DNA of 64,000 nt, taken from contig CAWEXP010000009.1 in assembly GCA_963813065.1 (NCBI GenBank), forward strand, positions 1,931 to 65,930, written 5' to 3'. The notes below the pieces were generated by a model that ran no database searches, had not been told where the DNA came from, and was given only the letters and a program-made list of their open reading frames with translations. Position numbers and translations under genes: made by a program. The DNA is from Candidatus Kaiserbacteria bacterium (GTDB taxonomy: Bacteria > Patescibacteriota > Minisyncoccia > Phycocordibacterales > Phycocordibacteraceae). Of the stretch, positions 46,710 to 58,203 are shown piece after piece. Numbering within the stretch: position 1 is the first letter of the stretch; each line of letters opens with the position of its first letter.

Positions 46710-47685
46710 GAAGCTGCGGCATATTTCTCGAAGGGTACGCGATTTTTCTGCTGAAAAATCGCTCAGTCCTCGTGCCAGTCGCACTGCGGAGCCCCTTCTC
46801 GCAACATGCCGCACCTTCTCGAACACTGTCTGGAGATTTTGGCGCGCACAGGGCCGTCATGATTTGCCGTGGAGGAAGACCAAAGACCCGTACCGAATTC
46901 TGGTGTCAGAAGTGATGCTCCAACAGACCCAAGTCGAGCGCGTGGTGCCGTTTTATCACCATTTCATAAAACAGTTCCCGACGGCGAAAAAGTTGGCGCG
47001 AGCACCGCTCGCAGATGTGTTGAAAAGTTGGCAAGGGCTCGGTTACAATCGTCGCGCGAAGATGTTGCACGAGGCGGCGCAAGAATTATCGAGGTTAAAC
47101 CTCGATATAACAAGGTCGAACCTTGTTGCGACGCTGGAAAAATTGCCTGGGGTAGGGCCGTACACGGCGCGCGCGGTGGCGGCGTTTGCCTACAATCAGG
47201 ACGTCGTTTTTGTTGAGACGAATATCCGGACGGCGATTTTGCACCATTTTTTTCCACGCGAGGCAGAAATGTCCCCGGCTCAGGGTGCTCCGGCCGCTAG
47301 GCCAATTCAACCCTTCGCCAAGGACATTTTTGCCTCGCGCGTTGACGACGCGCAGATTTCAACAGTCCTCGAAAAACTTTTGCCGAAAGGGAAGTCGCGC
47401 GAATGGTACAGCGCGCTGATGGACTATGGTGCACATTTAAAAAAGTCCGGTATACAAGTAAATGCAAAAAGTTCGCATTATATAAAACAATCGCGGTTTT
47501 CTGGCTCGAAGAGGGAAGCGCGTGGCGCGATCTTGAAGGAGCTGGCGCATGGCTCGCGGAGTGAGTCGCGCGTACTCGGGCTTCTCGGCCCCGACCGCGT
47601 CCCGCAGATGAGAGAAGCGCTCGCGGCGCTCCTCGCCGAGCAGTTGGTACAAAAAAACGGCAAGGTCTTCACCTTGCCGCGTTGA
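46690..47685 (+). CDS. A/G-specific adenine glycosylase-like (MutY / HhH-GPD) protein; start uncertain
   Basis: ...LPWRKTKDPYRILVSEVMLQQTQVERVVPFYHHFIKQFPT...LGYNRRAKMLHEAAQ...LPGVGPYTARAV... The ORF as read spans the repeat element. The true start may be downstream of it. Confidence 0.6.
   Translation: MLSTKSEKLRHISRRVRDFSAEKSLSPRASRTAEPLLATCRTFSNTVWRFWRAQGRHDLPWRKTKDPYRILVSEVMLQQTQVERVVPFYHHFIKQFPTAKKLARAPLADVLKSWQGLGYNRRAKMLHEAAQELSRLNLDITRSNLVATLEKLPGVGPYTARAVAAFAYNQDVVFVETNIRTAILHHFFPREAEMSPAQGAPAARPIQPFAKDIFASRVDDAQISTVLEKLLPKGKSREWYSALMDYGAHLKKSGIQVNAKSSHYIKQSRFSGSKREARGAILKELAHGSRSESRVLGLLGPDRVPQMREALAALLAEQLVQKNGKVFTLPR
46714..46828 (+). ncRNA. copy 2 of the ~115-nt structured repeat, 3' of the HAD gene
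   Basis: GCGATTTTTC-TGCT-GAAAAATCGC and GTGC-CAGTC-GCAC hairpins, with covarying pairs relative to copy 1. Confidence 0.5.
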
Positions 47686-47982
47686 CCGCTTTTGCGCGCA
47701 GTCCTTTCGTCCGATGCATACGGATGAATGCGCGCGATTTGAACGGTGCTGGTTTCGAGCCGTGTCCGCCACAGTCGGTACGTTTCTTGAACCATGTTTT
47801 GACTGGTGTGCCAGGAACGGGCCGAAGCAAGGTTCCCGATCCAGTACAACGCTTGCAGATTGCCATCGTTCCCTCACGAATTTTTACCTCGCCTTCTCTT
47901 ATTAGATTACCATTTTATACATAAATCACAACCCCCGCGGCTCTGCCACGGGGGTTGTGTTCGATTTTTAATTTCTTTTCAT

Positions 47983-49956
47983 CTACATCCCGATCAAGAC
48001 GGGGATTACCATCGGCGCTTTGTTGGTGCGCTGGAAGAGGAATCCGGCGACGACATCGGTGAGATTATTTTTCACGTAGTCGAGGTCGATCGGATTCATG
48101 TTGTGCGTCGAATCCTCGATCGTTTTCTTGATCAGCACGCGCGCCTCGTTGAGGAGCATCTGTGATTCACGCAGATAGATGAATCCGCGGCTGATAATGT
48201 CCGGCGACTTGCGGAGCTTGCCGGTCTTAAGGTTGACCGAGGCGATGATGACGAACATGCCATCCTTGGCGAGCGCTTGGCGGTCGCGGATGACCACCTC
48301 CTGCAGGCCGCCGATGGTGAAGCCGTCGACGACGAGCGGAGAATTCGGCACGCGCTGTTTGTGGACGTGCAGTTTCTCGCCCGCTTCGATGTCGACCACG
48401 GTGCCGTTGTCGCCCATGATGATCGTGTCCTTCGGGCGGCCCGATTGCTCGACTGCCTTCGCGTGGCAGGCGGTCATGGAGCGGAAGCCGTAGCTCGGCA
48501 TGAAGTATTTCGCGTTCACCTGCTTGTTGAACCAGACGAGTTCGCCCGTGTTGGCGTGTCCGGTCGAGTGGACGTCGCTCGAGCGGTAGTGGATGAGCGT
48601 GACATTCTGGCGGTAGAGATTGTCCTTCAATTTCTGGACGTTCAGCTCGTTGCCCGGAATCACCGACGAGGAGAGCACCACCGTATCACGCTCGCCGAGC
48701 GTGATGAACTTGTGCTGTTTCGTTGCGATGCGCATCAGCGCGGCGAATTCCTCACCCTGTGCGCCGGTGGAGATGATGACAATCTTGTCCGGTGAATAAT
48801 CACTCATCGCCTGCGCGGGGATGATGGTGCCTTTCTCGATTTTCAAGAGGCCCGTCTTCTCGGCAATTTCGATGTTGGTGCGGATCGAGCGGCCCTCGGT
48901 GACGACTTTCTTGCCGTACTTCTCGGCGCTCTGGATGATGTGCACCATGCGCTCGAACTGCGAGGCGAAGGTGCCGATAATCAGGCGGCCTTTCACCGTC
49001 TTGATAATCTCTTCGAGCGTTTCATGGACACGGCGCTCGGGAATCGAGAAGCCGTCTTTGTCTGCGTTGGTCGAGTCGGCAACGAAGAACAGATTTTTGT
49101 CCTTGCCGAGCTCGCCCCAGACCTTTTGCTCCTTCTCGCTCGCGATGCCGTTGTCGTGATCGAGCTTGAGGTCGCCGGTGATGACGACATTGCCCTGTGG
49201 TGTCTCGACCGAGATACCCATCGAGTCGGGAATCGAGTGCGTGACCGGGAAGAACTTCACTTTCGTGTGACCGATGGTCACCGACTGGCCGACTTCGACG
49301 ACTTTAATATCGAGCGGAGGCAGGTCGGGATATTCCTCCTGGCGGCGCTGGATCATCAGGCTCGTCAGATTCTGTGTGTAGATCGGCGGATTGCCGAAAC
49401 GCGGGAGCAGGAAGGGGATACCGCCGATGTGGTCGAGGTGGCCGTGCGTGATAATCACCGCGCGGACGCGCTCTTTATTTTTCTCGAGATAGGCGGTGTT
49501 GGGGAGAATGTAGTCAACGCCTGCGGTCGAGCCGTCTTCAGAGACGAACTGGAAGCCGGCGTCGAAGACGAGAATATCGCCATTCGCCTCGACGGCGAGC
49601 ATGTTGCGGCCGACCTCTTCGATGCCGCCGAGCGGAATGATGCGGACGGTCTCCGGTGCGGGGAGCTCGGGATAGTAGTCGGCGGACGGTACGTCGCGGC
49701 GCGGATTGGCACCCGGGCGGCGCAAGATGCGCTGGATGCGACGCGTGGCGCCACCGGGGCGACCGGCACCGCGGTCACTCCGCGGGCCGCGCGGTGCTCC
49801 ACTGCCGTGGTGTGGCGGTCGCGTGCCGCGATGCGGCGGACGTGCGCCAAAGCCCTGCCTATCGGCAGACAGGGGACGCCGATCCTCGCGCGGAGGATAC
49901 GGTCGTGAACTGGGGGCGGGGCTTGGGGCCGGCGCCGGTGCTGATGCGTGATTCAT
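47983..49956 (-). CDS. rnj: ribonuclease J with ~100-aa Arg/Gly/Pro-rich N-terminal extension
   Basis: ...IPLGGIEEVGRNMLAVE...ITHGHLDHIGGIP... MBL/beta-CASP/C-terminal domains are present. ATG at 49956 (MNHASAPAPAPSPAPSS...RPPHRGTRPPHHGSGAPRGPRSDRGAGRPGG...). Confidence 0.85.
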   Translation of the reverse strand: MNHASAPAPAPSPAPSSRPYPPREDRRPLSADRQGFGARPPHRGTRPPHHGSGAPRGPRSDRGAGRPGGATRRIQRILRRPGANPRRDVPSADYYPELPAPETVRIIPLGGIEEVGRNMLAVEANGDILVFDAGFQFVSEDGSTAGVDYILPNTAYLEKNKERVRAVIITHGHLDHIGGIPFLLPRFGNPPIYTQNLTSLMIQRRQEEYPDLPPLDIKVVEVGQSVTIGHTKVKFFPVTHSIPDSMGISVETPQGNVVITGDLKLDHDNGIASEKEQKVWGELGKDKNLFFVADSTNADKDGFSIPERRVHETLEEIIKTVKGRLIIGTFASQFERMVHIIQSAEKYGKKVVTEGRSIRTNIEIAEKTGLLKIEKGTIIPAQAMSDYSPDKIVIISTGAQGEEFAALMRIATKQHKFITLGERDTVVLSSSVIPGNELNVQKLKDNLYRQNVTLIHYRSSDVHSTGHANTGELVWFNKQVNAKYFMPSYGFRSMTACHAKAVEQSGRPKDTIIMGDNGTVVDIEAGEKLHVHKQRVPNSPLVVDGFTIGGLQEVVIRDRQALAKDGMFVIIASVNLKTGKLRKSPDIISRGFIYLRESQMLLNEARVLIKKTIEDSTHNMNPIDLDYVKNNLTDVVAGFLFQRTNKAPMVIPVLIGM

Positions 49957-50020
49957 ATATCGATTGGTTAGTTTCGGGCTTATAAATTGATAAAATAATT
50001 TGAAACCCGTACGTAAATAG

Positions 50021-51751
50021 TTATCGGTTCTTACTTTCAAAAATAGGCCAGACGCGATCGGTGACCAAGTACCAATCTGCAACGGTCGCGAAACGGTCGG
50101 CAGGCGTCGTGATCTGCGGAAGCTCGACCCCGCCGAGATTCTTCGGCACTGCGTAGACGAAGTCCGGTGCGTGCGTGAAGGCGGCGGGGTAGTCGGCCGA
50201 GACGGCGTCCTCAATCTTCTGCAGAGTCTCGACACGTTGAGTGGGATCAATTGCGCCCCGCGCCGCTTCGAGGAGGGTGTCGACATTTTTGTTGGCGTAG
50301 AGCGCGATGTTGAGGCCCGGGTCATTTCGCTCTTGCGAATCCCAGAAGGCGTAGAGGTCCTGATCGCGACCGATCACTTCGCCGAAGAGGAGTGCATCAT
50401 ACTTACGCGGTCGAATGACGTTCTGATTCAGGTCGCCGGGCTCGTAGAGCTCAATGTCGGTCGGGATGCCGAGCTGTTCCCAGTCGTGTTTAACCGCGCT
50501 CGCGACCGCCTTCAACTCGGGCACGTTCGACGTCTTAATCGTGATGTTCGTGAGCGATTGTTTCGCGGATGCATTTTTCCAGACATGTGCGTCGCCGTCG
50601 TAGCTCCAGCCCGCCGCTTCAAGGATGCCTGCGGCCGTCGCGGTCGGATTGGCGAGGGTGGGAATGGGTGTCTGCGCGACGCCACCGCCCGGAGGAATAG
50701 GCCCGATGATGGGCGTCGCGTAGCCGCCGAGCGCATTCTGGACGATGTGATCGCGGTCGATTGCGAGCGAGAGTGCCTTGCGCACCGGGAGCGAAGCAAA
50801 GACTTGGTCCTGGTTCGGATTGAAGAAGACGCCGAAGACGCGTGCGTAGGGCGCCGTGAGCACGTTTGAGGCTGGTGTGCCGTAGGCGCTCTCGATGGTG
50901 CCGTTCGTGAGCGCCTGGGCGAGGTCGTCATTGCCGGTGTAGAAGAGGAACTCCATCCCGTCGAGGTACGGACGTCCGAGCACGTAGCGATTATTCTCAG
51001 CAAGCGAGACACTCTGGATGAGGCCCGATGCATCAAGCGACACGCTCCGCACCGTGAAGGGCCCAGCGCCCACCGGACTCGTCTCGAGGGTCGAGAAAGG
51101 GAACTCCTCGTCGGAGACATTCTTCCAGAGGTGCGCCGGCAAGATGCCGAGCGTGGTCACTTCGAGGAAGGGCGCATACGCCTTGGGCAGAGTGAATTGC
51201 ACCGTCTGTGCATTGAGCGCCGTCGCCACCACACCCGACCAGTCCGCATACTCCGGGCTCTTCAACGCCGGATCTTCGGCTTTGTCGACGGTGAAGACGA
51301 CATCGTCGGCGGTCACGGGCGTTCCATCCGAGAACAGCACATCTTTTTTTAAGGTAAACGTATAGGTTTTCCCATCCGGCGAGAGTACGTAGTGGTCGGC
51401 AAGTATCGGTACGAGCGATCCGTCACTGGAGATCCCCATGAGTCCCGCGTAGGCGAGTGCGGAGAGGTCACGATCAGAATCAGAGATGGCAAGGAGCGGG
51501 TTGATGAAGCGTGGCGAACCAATCTCGCCCTCAACCAACGTACCGCCGTAGCTGGGGACGGTGACGAGGAGCGAATCCTCAAGTGCGTAGAGGCCCAAGA
51601 GGGCGGAGAAGCCGACGAGCACCGCAAGCACCCAGAAGATGACGCGGTCACCTGGCGAGAGCGCGGCGATGCGCTCCTCAAGCCGTACGAGTGCGCGAAT
51701 CGAGCGCGTCTCCTTGAGCCGCTCCAGCAAACGCGTAAATCGGTCGTTCAT
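50021..51751 (-). CDS. ABC transporter substrate-binding protein, family 5 (peptide/nickel)
   Basis: 576 aa with an N-terminal anchor and a SBP_bac_5-like core. Confidence 0.75.
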   Translation of the reverse strand: MNDRFTRLLERLKETRSIRALVRLEERIAALSPGDRVIFWVLAVLVGFSALLGLYALEDSLLVTVPSYGGTLVEGEIGSPRFINPLLAISDSDRDLSALAYAGLMGISSDGSLVPILADHYVLSPDGKTYTFTLKKDVLFSDGTPVTADDVVFTVDKAEDPALKSPEYADWSGVVATALNAQTVQFTLPKAYAPFLEVTTLGILPAHLWKNVSDEEFPFSTLETSPVGAGPFTVRSVSLDASGLIQSVSLAENNRYVLGRPYLDGMEFLFYTGNDDLAQALTNGTIESAYGTPASNVLTAPYARVFGVFFNPNQDQVFASLPVRKALSLAIDRDHIVQNALGGYATPIIGPIPPGGGVAQTPIPTLANPTATAAGILEAAGWSYDGDAHVWKNASAKQSLTNITIKTSNVPELKAVASAVKHDWEQLGIPTDIELYEPGDLNQNVIRPRKYDALLFGEVIGRDQDLYAFWDSQERNDPGLNIALYANKNVDTLLEAARGAIDPTQRVETLQKIEDAVSADYPAAFTHAPDFVYAVPKNLGGVELPQITTPADRFATVADWYLVTDRVWPIFESKNR

Positions 51752-51987
51752 TATCCTTGCAGAAGGAAGTTCGCGACTGCGGCAAGCACGAGGAGAACGG
51801 CAATTGCGATCGTCGCGTTGAAAAGAAATTTCTCGGCGCCTCTGCGCTTGTAAAAGGTCGACGCGAAATTATCGCCTCCGAATGCTCCCCCCAGTGTCGC
51901 GCCGCGCTGTTGGAGCGCGATGCCGGCAATGAGCAGGAGAGAGAGGATGATGATCGCGTACGGCAGTGCCGGTACGAGTGCCTCCAT
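51751..51987 (-). CDS. secG: preprotein translocase subunit SecG
   Basis: MEALVPALPYAIIILSLLLIAGIALQQRGATLGGAFGG... two TM helices with a Gly-rich loop. Confidence 0.55.
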   Translation of the reverse strand: MEALVPALPYAIIILSLLLIAGIALQQRGATLGGAFGGDNFASTFYKRRGAEKFLFNATIAIAVLLVLAAVANFLLQG

Positions 51988-52076
51988 CTGTAATGGCAAG
52001 ACTACCACGGTCGAATAATCTCTGCAAACCGAGGCGGGGATAAAATAAAAACCGGCGCGGAGACCGCGCCGGCTGA

Positions 52077-52334
52077 CTAATTTGGAGCAACTGCTCGATA
52101 TGCACCGATGAGGCACCCGACGACCATGCCGAAGATTGCGAGTAGGACGTACTCACGGCCGACGCTGTGCACGACGGCCAGCAGGACGGCGAAGATGATG
52201 ATCATGCTGAGCGCCAACCCACGGAGGATTTTCGCGATATCTGCCGCGACAATCCACTGACCGAGATAGAACGTTGCAAAGCCAGCGATAAGCGCGGCGA
52301 TGACCAATACCGAAACTACGTATCCAATGACCAT
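52077..52334 (-). CDS. small membrane protein
   Basis: 85 aa, two hydrophobic helices. Confidence 0.3.
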   Translation of the reverse strand: MVIGYVVSVLVIAALIAGFATFYLGQWIVAADIAKILRGLALSMIIIFAVLLAVVHSVGREYVLLAIFGMVVGCLIGAYRAVAPN

Positions 52335-52469
52335 GACTTTCCCTTTCCAGAACGCCGAATTAAACTTACCATAAGTATTTCAGACTGTCAAACCTCGTGA
52401 GCTTGCCTCGGTTCAATAATTTCCTTATACTCAATCCACCCGTTCGATTATTCATTTATATAAAGCAAT

Positions 52470-52772
52470 ATGGCAAAGAAGATTCCTATTACGCCCTTGG
52501 GCGACCGGATTGTGGTCCAGCCTGCGGAAAAAGAAGGCGAGAAGAAGCTCGCTTCGGGTATCATCATTCCCGACACGGCGAATAAGGAGAAGCCTGCGAA
52601 AGGTACGGTAGTCGCCGTTGGCGCGGGGAAATATGAAGACGGCAAGCGTGTGCCCATGACCGTGAAAGTGGGTGACCAGGTGTTGTTCTCCAAATATGGA
52701 TTCGACGAGGTGAAGGTCGGTGGCGAGGAATATTACATTCTCTCGGAGTCGAGCGTATTGGCGGTTATTTAA
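52470..52772 (+). CDS. groES: co-chaperonin GroES
   Basis: [37 protein letters not shown]... Confidence 0.95.
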   Translation: MAKKIPITPLGDRIVVQPAEKEGEKKLASGIIIPDTANKEKPAKGTVVAVGAGKYEDGKRVPMTVKVGDQVLFSKYGFDEVKVGGEEYYILSESSVLAVI

Positions 52773-52777
52773 TCTAG

Positions 52778-54418
<1,641 letters not shown>

Positions 54419-54649
54419 TTGTTTTACAGAAAAAAGACGCTCTTGTGCAAGGGGCGTCTTTTTCTTTCTGTGCGTGCTAGATTTCTCCTTGGAACGCCCC
54501 GGGAGGTTCCCATGCGCCTCGTTCGAAACTACATTCTGTATTCAGCTTGGATTGTGCTTGGTCTCGTCTTTCTCCTCGTCGCCTTTCTGCCGGCCATGTA
54601 TATCCTATTCATGCTGTAGTCCTAACCGCCGCGAGTACGCGGCGGTTTT

Positions 54650-55402
54650 TTATTCCACCGTTTCGTTGAAGGAGACTACCTCCCAGCCACGTTTTTTATT
54701 CCAGAAATGCCACGGATGATATTCGACAATCGAGATGCCGCCATTGTCGGAGGTATTGAAAAACGAGAGCTTCACATAGTCTGCAGAGTGGAGCGCGCGA
54801 CGGTACTGCATATACGCGAGCAACATTTTAAGAAACGCATGATGCGTCACGACGCACGTGTGGCGCGTGCCGTTGTGCGCAAGATAGCGGAGGCATTTCT
54901 GTGCGCGGCGCGCGAGGTCAAGGAAATTTTCTTCGTCGCGGTGGCGGTAGTCGTCGGCATGATACGCGAGATCCATCTCGTCGATGATGTGCATCACCTC
55001 AGGATCATGCGTTGATTTCCCCAGCACATCGCTCGGATTCCGGCGTTCGGCGAGGAGTGGGGAATAACGAATCGACGCATGTACATGCGTGCGGATAATC
55101 TCGGCGGTTTCTCGTGCGCGCTCGTAGGGGCTCGCGAGGATGCGCTCAATACCGAAGGGCGCGAGTGCGGTACCGACGCGCTCCGCCTGCTCTTTTCCTT
55201 TTTCGCTCAGGCCGCCCTCCGGCCCTTGTTTGCGGTGCGCCACATTCAGCAAGGTCTCGCCGTGGCGGACGAGGTAGAAACGCTTCGGGCGCATGCGGAG
55301 CACGATGAGCCATACGACCAGTATCGCGAGGATGGCGAGGCCGACCTCGCGCGTGAAGAAAGGCGCGAGTGCATAGCGGATGAGTTCAGGAGTCGTGGGC
55401 AT
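54650..55402 (-). CDS. membrane-anchored histidine phosphatase (phosphoglycerate mutase family)
   Basis: N-terminal TM, then FYLVRHGETLLN (RHG motif). Confidence 0.65.
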   Translation of the reverse strand: MPTTPELIRYALAPFFTREVGLAILAILVVWLIVLRMRPKRFYLVRHGETLLNVAHRKQGPEGGLSEKGKEQAERVGTALAPFGIERILASPYERARETAEIIRTHVHASIRYSPLLAERRNPSDVLGKSTHDPEVMHIIDEMDLAYHADDYRHRDEENFLDLARRAQKCLRYLAHNGTRHTCVVTHHAFLKMLLAYMQYRRALHSADYVKLSFFNTSDNGGISIVEYHPWHFWNKKRGWEVVSFNETVE

Positions 55403-55427
55403 GGAGCGGATATAGTATACTCGCCCT

Positions 55428-56936
55428 ATGATGTCGCTGAAACATTTTGCGCGTGCGTATTGGAAATATATTCTGCTTGCGGTGGTGGTTGTGGGTGTTG
55501 GCGGGTATTTCTTTTTTGGTTCTAGCCAATCACTCGGGGCGACGATGACCATTGCACCCGCAGACTTCCCGACGCAGGTCGCCGTCTCGGGGACCGTTAA
55601 GGCCGCCGAGAATGTGGCACTCGGCTTCGCGGCGAGTGGACGCGTCTCGGGCGTGTATGCGGCCGTGGGTGCGCATGTTTCTGCCGGCGATCTCCTTGCG
55701 ACGGTCGAGAATGGCGATATCGCGGCCGGTGTCGCGGGTAAGCAGGCGGCCGTTGCAGAAGCGCAAGCCAATCTCGACTCGCTCCTTGCCGGGACGCGCC
55801 CCGAGCAACTCGCCGTCGCTTCGACCTCGGTCGCGAGCGCACAGTCCGCATTAGTAAATGCGCTCCAGAGTGCCTACACCGCGAGCGATGCCGCCGTGCA
55901 CAACACCGTCGATGCTTTTTTCACCAACCCACGCGTCGCTCCGAAGCTCGCGTTTACGGTTTCTAATGCAACGTTGAAAACAACCGTCGAGAACGATCGC
56001 TCTACAGTCGAGACCGTGCTCTCGAACTGGGCGCTCGCGAACGCAAATCTCTCGAATGCGAATGTCGATGCGTCTGCACCGACCGGGCAGACCGCGCTCA
56101 CCCAAGTGATCGCACTTCTCGCCGATGCCAACAGTGCATTGAATCAGGCGGTGCCCGACCAGACCACGTCGTCGGCAACCCTCGCGGGCTATGCCACGGC
56201 GCTCGCCACGGCACGTGCCAATGTGAATGGCGCCGCGAGTACGGTGACCGCCGATCAGTCGGCGCTCGCCAGCGCAGAAAAGAATTTTGCACTGCTCCAG
56301 GCCGGCGCGACCGCGAATGATATCGCCGCCGCGCGTGCCGCGGTGGCCGCCGCCGAAGCAGATGTGGCGAATACCCAAGCCGCACTCGCCAAGACCCAGG
56401 TTCGCGCGCCCTTCTCGGGCACGGTGACGCAGATGGATGCGAAGGTGGGCGAAGTTATCTCACCCTCCGATTCGCAAATCTCTCTCCAGAGCGATGGCGT
56501 CTTCGAGATCGAGACGTATGTGCCCGAAGTTTCAATCGCTGGTGTTCTCCCGGGTGATTCTGCGAGCACAACGCTCGATGCGTATGGCACCAGCGTCATC
56601 TTCCCAACGAAGGTCGTCTCGGTCGATCCTGCCGAGACGGTGAAAGATGGTGTGCCGACCTACAAGACAACACTCACCTTCCTCTCTGCTGATCCGCGTA
56701 TCCGGAGCGGCATGACAGCCAACGTGGCTATCACCACCAGCACGCTCCGTGATGCTATTGTCATCCCCGCGGCCGCCGTCGGTATGAAAAATGGTCAACC
56801 CTATGTCTCGATACTCGCGGGAGGGAAGGTGATGGCGCGAACGGTCTCGACCGGCGTTTCTCCCTCCCTCGGCGAGACCGAGATTACGAATGGCCTCTCG
56901 GCAGGCGACGTCATTCTGCTCGCGCCGACTCCCTAA
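55428..56936 (+). CDS. efflux transporter periplasmic adaptor subunit (HlyD/MacA-like)
   Basis: N-terminal TM, a long Ala-rich coiled coil, and a C-terminal beta-barrel/MPD. Confidence 0.75.
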   Translation: MMSLKHFARAYWKYILLAVVVVGVGGYFFFGSSQSLGATMTIAPADFPTQVAVSGTVKAAENVALGFAASGRVSGVYAAVGAHVSAGDLLATVENGDIAAGVAGKQAAVAEAQANLDSLLAGTRPEQLAVASTSVASAQSALVNALQSAYTASDAAVHNTVDAFFTNPRVAPKLAFTVSNATLKTTVENDRSTVETVLSNWALANANLSNANVDASAPTGQTALTQVIALLADANSALNQAVPDQTTSSATLAGYATALATARANVNGAASTVTADQSALASAEKNFALLQAGATANDIAAARAAVAAAEADVANTQAALAKTQVRAPFSGTVTQMDAKVGEVISPSDSQISLQSDGVFEIETYVPEVSIAGVLPGDSASTTLDAYGTSVIFPTKVVSVDPAETVKDGVPTYKTTLTFLSADPRIRSGMTANVAITTSTLRDAIVIPAAAVGMKNGQPYVSILAGGKVMARTVSTGVSPSLGETEITNGLSAGDVILLAPTP

Positions 56937-56939
56937 CGC

Positions 56940-58199
56940 ATGTTCTCGGAGCTGAATCTACGCGTCGGATTCTATCTCGCTCTACGACAGATTCGTCGCG
57001 CGAGCGTCTGGACGACCGCACTCATCGTCTTCGTGATGCTCCTCACGTTTCTTAATCTCGTGGTAGTCACCGGACTCTTGGTCGGCATCGTTGTCGGCAT
57101 CTCGGATCAGTATCGCGATCAGGAAACGGGCGACGTCGTCGTCTCGGCACTCGATACCAAGGATTACATCCAGAACAGCCCGCAAGTCATCGCGTTTATT
57201 CGCTCACTCCCGGGCGTCGAGAAATATAGTGCGCGTTATATCGCGGGCGGCACCCTCGAGGCTAATTATCTGACGCGCACGGATATGAACGAGAAACCGA
57301 ATCAGACCGGCGCGACCATCGACGGCATTGATCCGGTGGCCGAGAATCAATTCTCGAATCTCGCCAGCTTCGTGAAAGAGGGGAGCTATCTCGCGCCCGG
57401 CGACTATGATGAAGTCCTGCTCGGGAGCCAACTCATCGATCGCTACTCCTTCGGCAAAGAGCCCGGGCTGACCCCGCTTGAAAATGTCTATCCGGGCACG
57501 AAGATTCGGCTGACGATTAATGGTTCGACGCGCGAGGTGACCGTGAAGGGCATCATCAGTGTGCCGGCGAACTCACCACTTGCGGCGCGCGCTTTCATGC
57601 CCGCGGCCGAAGTGCGCTCGCTCATGGGCCGTACCGACTACGATGTGAACGAGATTGGCATCTTGCTCACGCCGGGCACCGACCCCGCAGGCTTCCGCGA
57701 TTTGCTCGTGAAGAGTGGCATTGGTGCTGACGCGCTGGTGCAGACCTTCGCCGAGGCGACACCAAACGGCGTGGTCGATATCGAGAACACCTTCGGCGAG
57801 ATCGGCAATGCCATCGGCTCGGTCGGCCTCATCGTCGCCTCAATCACGATTTTCATCGTCATCTTCATCAACGCGATTACGCGCCGCAAGTTTATCGGCA
57901 TCTTGCAGGGCATCGGTATCTCGGGCGAGGCCATCGAGATCGCCTATGTCTTCCAATCACTCTTCTATGCGGCGCTCGGCTCGGGCGTTGGGCTTTTGAT
58001 TCTGTATGGATTCCTTGTGCCCTATATTGGCGCGCACCCGATTGTCTTGCCGATCAGTAACGCCATCATTGTCGCACCGGTGGCGGACACGGCGGTGCGG
58101 GTGCTCCTGCTCGTTATCGCCACCGTCATCGCCGGGTACCTGCCTGCGCGGATGATTGTGCGCAAGAATACGCTCGACTCAATTCTCGGTCGTTCCTAA
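56940..58199 (+). CDS. ABC transporter permease (FtsX/MacB-like)
   Basis: 419 aa with a large periplasmic loop and 4 TM. Confidence 0.75.
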   Translation: MFSELNLRVGFYLALRQIRRASVWTTALIVFVMLLTFLNLVVVTGLLVGIVVGISDQYRDQETGDVVVSALDTKDYIQNSPQVIAFIRSLPGVEKYSARYIAGGTLEANYLTRTDMNEKPNQTGATIDGIDPVAENQFSNLASFVKEGSYLAPGDYDEVLLGSQLIDRYSFGKEPGLTPLENVYPGTKIRLTINGSTREVTVKGIISVPANSPLAARAFMPAAEVRSLMGRTDYDVNEIGILLTPGTDPAGFRDLLVKSGIGADALVQTFAEATPNGVVDIENTFGEIGNAIGSVGLIVASITIFIVIFINAITRRKFIGILQGIGISGEAIEIAYVFQSLFYAALGSGVGLLILYGFLVPYIGAHPIVLPISNAIIVAPVADTAVRVLLLVIATVIAGYLPARMIVRKNTLDSILGRS

Positions 58200-58203
58200 T
58201 CCC

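Noticed and set aside
47720-47800. Possible tRNA on the minus strand (GTTCAAATC T-loop-like string)
   Set aside because: The flanking bases do not form a 5-bp T-stem or an acceptor stem, and no cloverleaf can be drawn.
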